Shown here: in pieces, positions 1 to 13,419 of the stretch
Layout: each line of letters starts with the position of its first letter
Numbering within the stretch: position 1 is the first letter of the stretch
Source of the DNA: Octopus sinensis
Taxonomy: Eukaryota
Length of the DNA stretch: 64,000 nucleotides
Assembly (NCBI RefSeq): GCF_006345805.1
Contig: NC_042999.1
Span: 26,226,001-26,290,000 of the forward strand
Direction of reading: 5' to 3'
The notes under the pieces: generated by a model
Told to the model about the DNA's origin: nothing
Databases searched by the model: none
The model's input: only the letters and a program-made list of their open reading frames with translations
Translations under genes and position numbers: made by a program

Positions 1-100
1 CTCCTCACCATCACCACCACAACCACACCACCACCAACAACAACAACACTACCACCGTCGTCGTCGACATCGTCATCCGCATCTTCATCGCAATTTTTCT
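1..100. repeat. Mixed trinucleotide low-complexity tract (CAC/ACC/CAA/TCG)
   Basis: Visible runs accaccacc, caacaacaac, tcgtcgtcg at the window start. Confidence 0.75.
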
Positions 101-304
101 CATCCTCCGATATTTTACATGCTTACTTCTGTAATTATGTCTTCAACAGTTCCATGATAACTTCTCCTGCACTAGCTGGTGCATCTCCTTACTTCCAAAG
201 AGTGAGCAGCAAGGTCCTACGTTGACAATATATATATTTCTTTTAGAAGTGTTTACCTCTTTGCTTTGTTAAGGCATTTATTTTTGCTGCCCCTGTTCTC
301 TCTT

Positions 305-520
305 TACTCTTTTACTCTTTTACTTGTTTCAGTCATTTGAGTGCGGCCATGCTGGAGCACCACATTTAGTCGAGCAACTCGACCCCGGGACTTATTCTTT
401 GTAAGCCCAGTACTTATTCTATCAGTCTCTTTTTGCTGAACCGCTAAGTGACGGGGACATAAACACACCAGCATCGCTTGTCAAGCAATGCTAGGGAGAC
501 AAACACAGACACACAAACAT

Positions 521-601
<81 letters not shown>

Positions 602-761
602 TACGACAGGCTTCTTTCAGTTTCCGTCTACCAAATCCACTCACAAGGCTTTGGTCGGCCCGAGGCTATAGTAGAAGACACTTGCCCAAGGTGCCACGCA
701 GTGGGACTGAACCCGGAACCATGTAGTTGATAAACAACCTACTTACCACACAGCCACTCCT
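305..761 (-). mobile_element. tRNA-derived SINE, family 1 (internal microsatellite)
   Basis: Reverse complement begins AGGAGTGGCTGTGTGGTAAG...GGTTCAGTCCC (A/B-box-like head), has an internal (TA)/(TG) tract and ends in an AGTAAAAG-type tail; near-identical copies at 3271, 38923 and 55095. Confidence 0.9.
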
Positions 762-1006
762 GTTCGTGGTTAATCTTTTTAAAATCTGTTTTTCGTTATG
801 TTTAAAATATATGCAATACGCGTTTACCATTTTGTGATTGTATTTCGTACATGCCGTGCGATTCGAGTTGAATATTTTAGTGTTGGATGTTGATTGTGTA
901 TAGTATAGGAATTGTGTTATATTACTGCCAGTTATTTGTATTGTATATTTTTCGTATGGGATGAGATAGAGCATCATTTGTGTATTATGTAATATTAAGT
1001 GTTGTT

Positions 1007-1207
1007 AAAGCTGGAAGCTGTCAAAATGGTTAGCGCGCCGGGCAAACAGCTCAACGACGTTTTATTCGTCTTTTCGGTCTGAGTTCAAATTCCACTGAGA
1101 TCGTCGACCTTGCCTTTCAGCATTTCTGAGTACTACTTGAATCCTGGGTTCGATGTAATCGATTTCCTCCCCAGCAAAATTGCTGGCCTTTTCCCCGAAT
1201 TTGAAAC
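1007..1207 (+). mobile_element. tRNA-derived SINE, family 3 (degraded)
   Basis: GTTAGCGCGCCGGGCAAA...CTGAGTTCAAATTCC...GCCTTTCA matches copies at 12330, 13189, 52649, 55632 and 63727. The central block resembles the Deu/Nin-type SINE domain (from recall). Confidence 0.75.
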
Positions 1208-3270
1208 TCATGTTAAATGTTGTTGACATTATAAGTATTTATAAATATGCTGTTATCTATAGCTTCTTCTGCTTCGGGTTTCACTGCTGCAAAATAGAAT
1301 AAAGTGTTATTTAATTAGGTAGGTCGTAATAAAAGGCAATGTGTGTGTTATGTTATATTATTAGGTCATATTTCTGTCATCGTATTTTAAGAGTGTTAAC
1401 GTGTGTGTCTATACATGTAGAGAATATACGGTGTGATTTCCGCTTTTAAATATAAATTATCTCATGTAAAATGTTGACTGTATTGATTACGGCTGTATTT
1501 CAAACTATGAGTAGATTTCTCTTACCAGGTTTGTTGTGCTTATACTGTTATTTTTAAGGTTAACTATTATTTTTTCTATGACTTTACTTTACAAACTCTA
1601 ATCATTTAATTTCTACTATTCGCATTTCGAAGTTTCTGCTTTCTCACAGTTTATCAAAATATATCCAGTCAATATTTTGCCTACAAACGATTGGAATATT
1701 TATTTGATCACGGAGCTTTATTTCAGTCCTTGATAATTATACCAAACGGTCTTCCTTAATCTACTTTTCGTTCTAGACAAGCATCTTGTGATAATCGCTA
1801 ATCTGATTGTTCCTTATTGATACAATTTCTTCTAAGAAGCCTAATTTTAATAATGATGTCAGATGTTGTCACTTACTGGACTAGGACGAGTCCAGTATTT
1901 TTCTCCTTTATCTTCGATTACTAGACTTTTACACACTTGTTTCCTCGAAGAGCAAAACATTTTTAGATGTTCCATGTTCATTAATCAAGTTTCAGATTAT
2001 TCACAAATAAATGTTCTATTGATCGCTTTCATATTTGTAATCCATTTGTTGCTTTAAACGAGTTTATAATTTGTATCATATATTCCTTTTATTTTCTTCT
2101 TGTCTGTATGCGGAGTATAGATACAATATCGATATTAGTTTTGAGGTGCAACATTGAAACCGTTGTTAATAGTTTCATAGTTGTATTTTTCTGTCAAGTT
2201 TTTAAATAACTTTAAAGTTCAAGTTTTTGTAATAACACTTTAGTGTAGAACAAGCAAACTTGTTGCATGCAAATCTGCAACCTCATTTCTGACTTGGATT
2301 TAAATACTATTCTAAATCTTCTGCAGGACACGTTTCTAATTTTCTTTTATTTCTCTGCTGGTATGTTTTAGCTTTTTCGTGCTTTCTAAGGATATTTTGG
2401 AAATTCTGGCATAACTTTTGGTAGGATCTCAATGTTTGGATCAAATTGATTATTGTATTTTAGATACTTACATTCACTTTATGGTAGCTTTAGAATATTC
2501 ATCATGTCACATATTAACTTCTGTATCTTGGCATATTTTATCAAAATCCAAGTATTATTTCGTCTTGTGAATAGATTTGAATTGTCAATATTGGTTGGCG
2601 GTCTTTTAGTTTGCAATTGTAAAATTTGTTAGCTTGGTTCAGCAGAAATGCTAATGGGATCAGAGCTAGAGAAAATAGAAGAGATAAGATATTTTGGATG
2701 AATTATCTTAATATGGACACAGGTTGGTTTTATTTGCTGAGTGTCTCTTTTTACATTTTAAGAATGTATCGCTGTTCTACTGTATTAGTATTGTAGCTGC
2801 TATATTTATTGGGAATAACTGCAGTAACAATATATGTGTTCTATTATGAAATATATTTCCGTTATTCGAAGTAAAAGACGTCGTTAGTATGATGATTAGA
2901 ATAAACGTATGCTAATTTGGTACGCTAATTTTATATAGATTATCTGAAATAATCTATCACATCCAGATTTCACCAAATATTATCCGTGTGATTTTCAGCA
3001 ATGTGAACCTGTATATACAATAAAGTTGTAAAAGCTGAATTTCAAATTTGAAGTAAATTCGACCATAGCATCCTTCCCGTGTTCAATATTAAAGGTTATG
3101 GTTGGACAGTAAAACAATTGCATGAGTTGCAGAATAAACACAGTAACAGACAGTATAGTTACAGCTCAGCCCGCTAGGCAATATGTTAGCCCACTTTACA
3201 TTTGGCTTGTAATTTGTTTATATAATGCATAGCTTTGTATTTTCGATATTAGAATTTTTTTATTTCATTA

Positions 3271-3690
3271 AGGAGTGGCTGTGTGGTAAGTAGCTTGCTT
3301 ACCAACCACATGGTTCCGGGTTCAGTCACACTGCGTGGCATCTTGAGCAAGTGTCTTCTGCTATAGCCCCGGGCCGACGAATGCCTTGTGAGTGTATTTG
3401 GTAGACGGAAACTGAAAGAAGACTGTCGTGTATATGTATATATATATATATGTATGTGTATGTGAGTGTATATATTTGTGTGTCTGTGTTTGTCTCCCTA
3501 GCATTGCTTGGCAACCGATGCTGGTGTGTTTACGTCCCCGTCACTTAGCGGTTCGGCAAAAAGAGACCGATAGAATAAGTACTGGGCCTACAAAGAATAA
3601 GTCCTGGGGTCGATTTGCTCGACTAAAGGCGGTGCTCCAGCATGGCCGCAGTCAAATGATTGAAACAAAGTTAAAGAGTAAGAGAGTAAA
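3271..3690 (+). mobile_element. tRNA-derived SINE, family 1
   Basis: Full head-body-tail match to 305-761 in the opposite orientation; tail runs into (GA)n at about 3690-3752. Confidence 0.9.
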
Positions 3691-3701
3691 GAGAGAGAGA
3701 G

Positions 3702-3745
<44 letters not shown>

Positions 3746-5376
3746 TGAGAGAGTTTTAAACATCAGTGTTTAAATGATCATATGTTTTTTCTATTCATGC
3801 GCGCCCCTGCCATCTCGAAATCATTAGATAATATACAACAGTACAATTGGCTACAATCTTTTCTGATGTTGTAAATTAGGACACCAGAAAGAAAGTTGTG
3901 TATACTGTAAATATTGAATGCAATGGAGACGACAGCTTGGCTGTTTGAAAATAGGTAGTCCACATCATTTTCATTCTATAAGTTAGTATTACCATAATGA
4001 ATAATACATTTTAGCTTAACGAAGTTAGAAATGTGAGTATTCAAAGAAAAGTTTCTCAAAAGTCAAATATGCAGACTCTCAACTAGACTTGAAACCAATT
4101 CCGCATTCTGAAAAGATACATTCATAGTAACCTTTATATCGATCCAAACGTCTATTAAATCAATATCTAAATGACAGTGAGAACGATTATTACTGACAAA
4201 GGAACAGTACAAATTACTTAGTTGTGCACTACAGAAACCATGATATCACCTATAGCTTAACAAATGTTTATAATGTCTCAATCCACGTTTGAATTATTGC
4301 GACTTACTCAAAAGAAAAGTAGATTTTCGATTCAAGTATTTCTATGACCTGAAGAAACAGATAAACTGTAACTGTGACCCAAACTCTTTGAAGTTTTTCA
4401 TCGATTCAGGTAAGATGACGTATTGTACAATGGCAGCAATAAGAGTTTAGTATATGTAAAGCATGGAAGGAAAACATGGAATGCTAGCCGAATCTGTAAA
4501 CATTTATCATGAATTAATAATATATTCTATTAGACGCAATTTAATATGAGATTATTTATGTATAACCATGAGAAAAGCTTTCACAATTTATAAAATGAAT
4601 TCGGTGATTGTTTGGTAAATGCGAAGTTAGTGGAAAGGATTTTTACTGGCATAAATATGCCGCAGATTATCAGCGATTTGCCGTTTTCGTTGAAACTGAA
4701 TAAACGGATTTCTCGCTTGAATTACTTTTATAAGCGATACTAAAAGCTTCCTTTGAAACTACAGAGTTTAAATGTACCGTAAATTTGTGAATGACCAGCT
4801 GAATTGAAATGAAAGAAAATGTTTCAGAAAGGCATCCAAAACTCATTTTCTGCGTTCATATAGAAAATTTCTATACGAATAAACTTGGCGGAATAATTGA
4901 ACGCCACGATCTAGGTTATCCTTAATAGATATCGGTCACAGAAATCAAATATCTGAGCTATTCGACCACATATTTTAATGTATTTGATTTTGATACATAG
5001 AACAAAACCGTTGTCAATCTTAATGAACAATGCATCTGTGTCTTTCAAAGTAGTTATGAAATACTATAAAGCATGAATTCTCAAAAATATTTCCAAGTAA
5101 TTTCGGGGAATACCAAGAAACTCTTCGGTGGACTGGCGGAGCAGATAAGGAGTTGAATTGAATGTGTGGTGGTAGCTTATCTGACTCTTAGTTATGACAC
5201 TGGAACATATCTGTTTGGCAATTAACATTACTTTGCATAACATTTTATATTTTAGAAGAGGATACTTGCCTTCCTGAAGCAACTGTTAGCCTTTTAGATG
5301 AGAAACTTTGCTACGTCTGTTCATATGAGAGAGGATAGTCAACCATGACAGAAGCGGTACTTTCGTTCTTTTTTTA

Positions 5377-5417
<41 letters not shown>

Positions 5418-6229
5418 TATAAGTAAATCATGCAGAAGACTAGGATATTTTATGGTAATTAGTATTTACCAAAGTATCCAAAGAATATTAGATAAACGAA
5501 AATTTTGTCCAAGAGGTATACAAATCCATAGCATTTGATATTTTCTCCGTCTCACTCAAGAGCAACATTAACAACCGAATTTATTATATTGTGGCATACA
5601 TCTATAAAGAAAATATGTGAAGTATGACCACTTCGAAACTTATATGATCTGAAGAACTACAAAGAAACTCGCCCTGTGGCATTGTTACGCCATTGCTAAG
5701 AAAGGCTGAGAAATATGCGTAAAGCATAGCATCTAATTTTCTTGGGCAACCATGTATAATCATTTCGTTCTTCAGACATGTCAAGAATTTTAGAATTGAG
5801 ACGCTCTAATGGCAAATTCGTAAAAGAATGTTATTGTTATATTGTTTCAAATTGCAACCTAAGACAATCCCACGAATGGTTTCAGTCAGCGCACCAGACA
5901 AGTGTAATAACTCTAACTCCAATTTCTGGAGGATCATGTGTCAAACGTCAGAAATCATATTGACAAACAATATATATTCGCTTATTTTAGCTGCTTTTCG
6001 TGATGCTACTTTTAATTTCTGCTGGTTTGAAGAATTTTCTATCTTGCTGTACGTATTGCATTTGAGAGGGTTAACTGTAATGTAAGGTAAATACCACGAG
6101 ATATCCCAACGAAACTGACCCAAAATATTCTAAAACCACTGTTTAAAACATTCGATGATATACTGTATATGAGTTCCTGAAGTAATCCACAACGAATGAA
6201 TGAGTTACGTTTAGTTGAAATAATACATA

Positions 6230-6237
6230 TTTTATAT

Positions 6238-6283
<46 letters not shown>

Positions 6284-6367
6284 ATATATATATATATGTA
6301 TATATATATATAGACATATATATACATATATACATATATATACATATATACATATATACATATATAC

Positions 6368-6415
<48 letters not shown>

Positions 6416-6452
6416 TATACATATATATATATATATACATATATATACATAT
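6230..6452. repeat. (TA)n/(TACA)n microsatellite
   Basis: Direct reading. Confidence 0.95.
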
Positions 6453-6615
6453 CTCCTTGTTTCTTTCGTGTTTCTTTTCTGTTTATCCTTCTGTTGAAGA
6501 GCGTAGGCTTGAAACGTAAAAGACTTGTTTATTTATATTCCTGAGCGCCATACTAATACAATTGTTTGTTTGTATCCACCTGCCTTCGTATTTGTTTATT
6601 TTCATAAAGCTTCCC
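6453..6615 (+). mobile_element. TA-anchored short repeat with hammerhead-like core (Penelope pLTR-like), copy a
   Basis: CTGTTGA-A-GAGC-GTAG-GCTT-GAAACGTA at 6491-6518; homologous to 18706, 37555, 39367 and 47297; TA arrays on both sides. Confidence 0.75.
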
Positions 6616-6617
6616 GT

Positions 6618-8456
<1,839 letters not shown>

Positions 8457-9727
8457 AGGGTGAAGTGAGAATAAAACTGCCAAAGGTGAGAAAGAGAGTA
8501 TACATACAATATATGTAACTTTAAATAAATTGTGTCTTAGAAGTTAAATGAGGTTGAATGATAAATGTATGTAAGTTTGATTGTTGCATGCATTATACTA
8601 GATAATGGGGTGTAAAATGCGCAGTCAGGGCAATTTTATTTGACAATTTGATTTTAAAATGTATTTAACTCATTAAAGGTATTCAATAAATTGCCCATAT
8701 ATTGACAAGTAGGCATTTATCTTCGTTCGTCCGTATTTTATCAACTCAGATCTGAATGACGTTCTTTTTTTTCCTTCTGTATTTTAACGGATGTGCACCA
8801 TAGACATTTCCTTGTCTTTAGTTTAGGTTTTATTAAATATCATCTGAGATAAGTGATAACTGTTCAAATTTATTTTCAGGAAAATCTGACAGCTATCACT
8901 TAACTCAATTATATTTTAATGTCGAGGAAACAATCAATAAATCAATAATTGTTTTTCGTTTCTATATTTGAATAGAGACACAATTTCAATAATATAAGGA
9001 AGGAATTATATTTATGGTTAATAGACATTTCTAAAACAACAACAATAGTGACTGTTATCTCTTACAGGTTTTATGAGACTCATATATCTCATTAGCCAAC
9101 CAATATTGTGTTACAACTAAAAATAGATGCTAAGTTTTGTTGTTCAGTTTAAGAGTAATAAATTTTCTACGCGAAAAGGACGAAATAGTTTTGATATTTG
9201 ATATGAAGAAATTGTTATTAAGAAGAATAAGAAAGGGGAAAAGAGTTAGATAAAGAAAGAGGAGGGGGAGAAAGAATAATGGTTTCTAATTTAAGAACAA
9301 GAGAAACAATTTTAAGGGGAGGAGAATGGTCGATTACGTAAAACAGTTTCTTTTCTTTTATGCGCCACATTGCGAATAAGGGTAAAGTTGATATCGGTGA
9401 CATTTGAACTCAGACTATGAAGAACTGGAAGAAATACAACATGGAATGTTTGTGACGCTCTGAAAATTATGTCAATATACTACTCTCATCTGTACCTTCG
9501 AAGTTTGGTAGAAAACCAGCAATCTTGTTGCAAGTAGTTCTTAGATTAAATCGAATGCAATACCTTAACATTTTTATTACTTTAATGAGTGGAAGACTGA
9601 ATAACAAAAAACACTCACTGGGAGTTCAAATCAGAATATAAAAATCAGAAAGAAATAACGGTAGGCATTTTTCTTTAATGGGTTAACGAATCTGATACTC
9701 CTTTGCTGTTAGACTTTCTAATATGGA

Positions 9728-10109
9728 AGCACTCCGTCGGTTACGACGACGAGGGTTCCGGTTGATCCGAATCAACGGAGCAGCCTGCTCGTGAAATTAA
9801 CGTGTGAGTGGCTGAGCACTCCACAGACACGTGTACCCTTAACGTAGTTCTCGGGGATATTCAGCGTGACACAGAGAGTGACAAGGCCGGTCCTTTGAAA
9901 TACAGGTACAACAGAAACAGGAAGTAAGAGTGAGAGAAAGTTGTGGTGAAAGAATACAGCAGGGATCACCACCATCCCCTGCCGGAGGCTCGTGGAGCTT
10001 TAGGTGTTTTTGCTCAATAAACACTCACAACGCCCGGTCTGGAAATCGAAACCGCGATCCTATGATCGCGAGTCCACTACCCTAACCACTGGGCCATTGT
10101 GCCTCCACA
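9728..10109 (-). mobile_element. tRNA-derived SINE, family 2 (head B, tail X)
   Basis: Head TGTGGAGGCACAATGGCCCAGTGGTTAGG...GGTTTCGATTTCC; the last ~190 bp match the tail of 55883-56205 (...CCCTCGTCGTCGTAACCG). Confidence 0.85.
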
Positions 10110-10841
10110 ATATAGGCATAAGATACCGAATTTAACTCCAGGAAGATTATCTACCACTCAATTCCTCATCCATTAAATGGTAGTTTTCATTTATTTTCCA
10201 AGCGTATTTAAAATTGGCAATTGGTTTGTCTCTAAGGCCAATGTAGCTTTCCATTTCTCCTGAGGCCAATAAACTATTCGCATATATATAATCGGTGTTT
10301 CTCTTCCCCCTAATGTGAAACATTCTATCAATGTTGGAAACAGTTAGTTTCTTCTTCTTTTTCTTGTTGTTGTTGTTCTTCTTCTTTTTCTTCTTCTTCT
10401 TCTTCCATTGTTATTAATATGATGCGATTACAGTTCTAATCTTATCCAGGCACAACATTTACAATAATGGAAAACTAACAATTATTTTACAGAAGCACCG
10501 TACAATAGGATTATATAGGATGGACACGGATCAATGAAGCATTCATCCGTTCAATGCCTGCACATTGCTGCTTTGTAGGGGCTGCTTGAAAAGATGGCAC
10601 CGTGTACCGGACGAGTCCATTGAGAATTTTGGTCGTCGCCTTCCTAAGGACAAAGAGAGCTATAGTAACAGAGAATGTACCGATAACGAGCTTGAAAATA
10701 CGAAGAAGACTTTCGCTTCATAGGTTTGTAAGTCCCAGTTAGAGGGGATGGCAGAGTGGAAACAGTAGTGCTTGGATGCTGCTTTTGTTGGGTGAATAGA
10801 TCTATCATTATACGTCTTTAAGTGAGGGAAAGAATGCGAAT

Positions 10842-11512
10842 CATCATCATCATTGTTCGACCGTGGTCGAGACAATGGAATTTACCATGCTACGCCAGAC
10901 TTCACGGTCCATCATGGCATTACGGAGGTCCTGTTGCTGGATGCCTGTATCCCTGGAGATTACATCATGGTAGGAGAGTGTGCGCCCTCTGGTATTGCGA
11001 GTAGATGGCTTCCAGAGGAGAAGAGTAGAAATTACCTCTTTTTCAGCTCTACAACAATGTCCAGCAAACTGGACTCTCTTACCTTTCACAAGAGATGACA
11101 CAGGTAGTAGTTTCCCATATGTTTGCATTTTGGTTGGATGGCGCTTCCACGAGAGATTTCGAGCTCTCATAAGGAGGCAAGTGTAGGTTCCATCCAACCG
11201 CCTCTCAAGCTTCTTTGATAACGTCCAGGTTTCTGAGCCATATAGTAGAACTGGTTCGACTGTGGCTTTAAAGATTTCAAGTTTGAAGTCTCTACTTAGA
11301 TTTAATGAACAGATCTCGTGCATGTCATTACAGGCTGACCAGGCCATACCCTTTCTAGTTAGAAAGTCTTTTCCAGATGATGATATGTATGACCCAAGAT
11401 ATTTGTAATCAGAGACCATATTTAAGGGCACATTGTTGAGAGTATGGATGATGCAATCACTGTTGGACAGGCACTTGTTTATGTATTCTGTCTTGGCGTT
11501 GGCGAATAGTAG
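10842..11512 (-). mobile_element. 5'-truncated RTE-type LINE with (TGA)n tail and 11-bp TSD
   Basis: RT C-terminal motifs YKYLGSYISS, VEPVLLYGSETW and QFAGHC; (TGA)4 tail; AGAATGCGAAT at 10831-10841 and 11513-11523. Confidence 0.9.
10850..11431 (-). pseudogene. LINE ORF2 C-terminal fragment (RT thumb region), 193 aa
   Basis: ORF track translation; lacks the catalytic YADD region and the endonuclease. Confidence 0.85.
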
Positions 11513-12162
11513 AGAATGCGAATAGTAGAGAGAGCGAAGGGGAAAAGAGAGATGGACGGAGAGAGACCGTGTGAAGGAAAAAGAGACGGACAGAGAGCAA
11601 GTGAAAGAACGTGAAAGAAGGGAGAAAAAGGAGACAGAGGGGGAGAGTGTGTGTGAATTGACATTTGCTATTCAGAGTAACCTTGGATTTTGGGGGCTCT
11701 TGAATAAAACTTGGTTGTAATTATACACATAGATATTGTAGCAATCTATAATATAACTCTCTGATAATAATTCTGATTGTCATTGCGTTACTTAGCCTGC
11801 CGGTGATGTTTTCATGTGATTAGAGAAAAAGAGGAAGTAAGAAAAGTGGAAGGGAGGAAAACACGGAGAAAAAAAGGAGGGAGAGGAAAAATTCCACGAC
11901 GTGAGATAGAGGGAGTGTAATTTTAACGCATTCATGTGATTAGTTAAGAGGAAGAAAAGGAGAGAGAAAAGGAGGATAAGGCGATAAGTGAAATAGAAAG
12001 AGGGAGAAAGAAAAAGAGGGAGTGAGAAGCGTCCATGACATGAGGTAGGGGGAACGTAATATTTATTATATGGTTAAAAATGTTAGTGGGAGAATTATTA
12101 AAATTTTAGCAGAAGGGTAATGTTCAGATGGTAAGGTTAGAGATCGGCAGAGAGCGAGAGAA

Positions 12163-12195
<33 letters not shown>

Positions 12196-12209
12196 AGAGA
12201 GGGGGAGGG

Positions 12210-12240
<31 letters not shown>

Positions 12241-12329
12241 AGCGGTTTGTCGATACAATCGACAAACCACTTACCGCCAAAATTTCATTTAGTATTCCTC
12301 TTGTAGAATCGATTATATTAATTGTAATT

Positions 12330-12546
12330 AAGGTGGTGAACTGGCAGAAACGCAAGCATGTCGGGGCAAATGCAGTTACGCATTTTTTGCCCATTTTTGC
12401 GTTTTGAGTTGAAAACCCGCCCATGTTTGTTTCTTTTTTTATCATTACGGGGTCGATAAAATAAGTACCAAGTAAAGATTGGGGTTAGATGTAATCCATT
12501 ATCTTCCCCCATAATTCCATGACTTGCACTTGTAGTAGAAAGAAAT
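12330..12546 (+). mobile_element. SINE family 3 (degraded)
   Basis: AAGGTGGTGAACTGGCAGAAACG...GGGGTCGATAAAATAAGTACC. Confidence 0.75.
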
Positions 12547-12983
12547 ATCGTAATTATATTTGTTGTTTTAGAGCTCGAAAGTTGGTATCGATGCTCTGGT
12601 TTTCAGAAAAATAATTTTTAAATATCTTGTACCATTTAGCTAGTAAGCCAACCGTTTCTGCCAAGCGGTATCGAGTCATCTATGCGATCTCCAACTCTTC
12701 AGTGTTCTGTAGGGATGGGCAGATAAAGTCTGGATGATGAGTGTGCTTCTAGGCTTCTTCAGAAGTTCTAAGTAGTTAGGAGGGCTAATACATATAATAA
12801 ACAGTTAGCAATAGGTACAGTGTATTTGTCATTATTGAAAAGGGCAGAAAAAGAAAAAATATAGGAGCAAACATGAGGCTGTGAGAGAAGTACAACTTAT
12901 TAAAATGAATTGGGTCTAGTTACTACATGTGTATGTTTTCTTCGAATACTTTCTAACGCTTTGGAATAAATAGACACACTGGA

Positions 12984-13022
<39 letters not shown>

Positions 13023-13125
13023 TATATATATATCTATAGATAATATATATATATATATATACTATATATACACATATATACATACATTCAGGCACAGACG
13101 CACACACACATATATATATACATAC

Positions 13126-13187
<62 letters not shown>

Positions 13188-13188
13188 G

Positions 13189-13419
13189 TCTTTACTGCCC
13201 ACAAGGGGTTAAACAGAGAGGGGACAAACAAGGACAGACAAAAGGATTGAGTCGATTACATCGACCCCTGTGCGAAACAGGTACTTTATTTATCGACCCC
13301 GAAAGAATGAAAGGCAAAGTCGACTTCGGCGGAATTTGAACTCAGAACGTAACTCAGCAGACGAAATACCACTAAGCTTCTCGCCCGACGTGCTAACGTT
13401 TCTGCTAGCTCACCGCCTT
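13189..13419 (-). mobile_element. SINE family 3
   Basis: Reverse complement AAGGCGGTGAGCTAGCAGAAACGTTAGCACG...CTGAGTTCAAATTCCGCCGAAGTCGACTTTGCCTTTCATTC; best-preserved copy in the window. Confidence 0.85.

Noticed and set aside
1300-2760. Strand-biased region resembling a decayed retroelement ORF on the minus strand
   Set aside because: Motif-like fragments were not in convincing order or spacing; a profile search would be needed.
5649-5670. CTGAAGA...GAAACTC hammerhead-like match
   Set aside because: No helix II pairing and no helix I partner.
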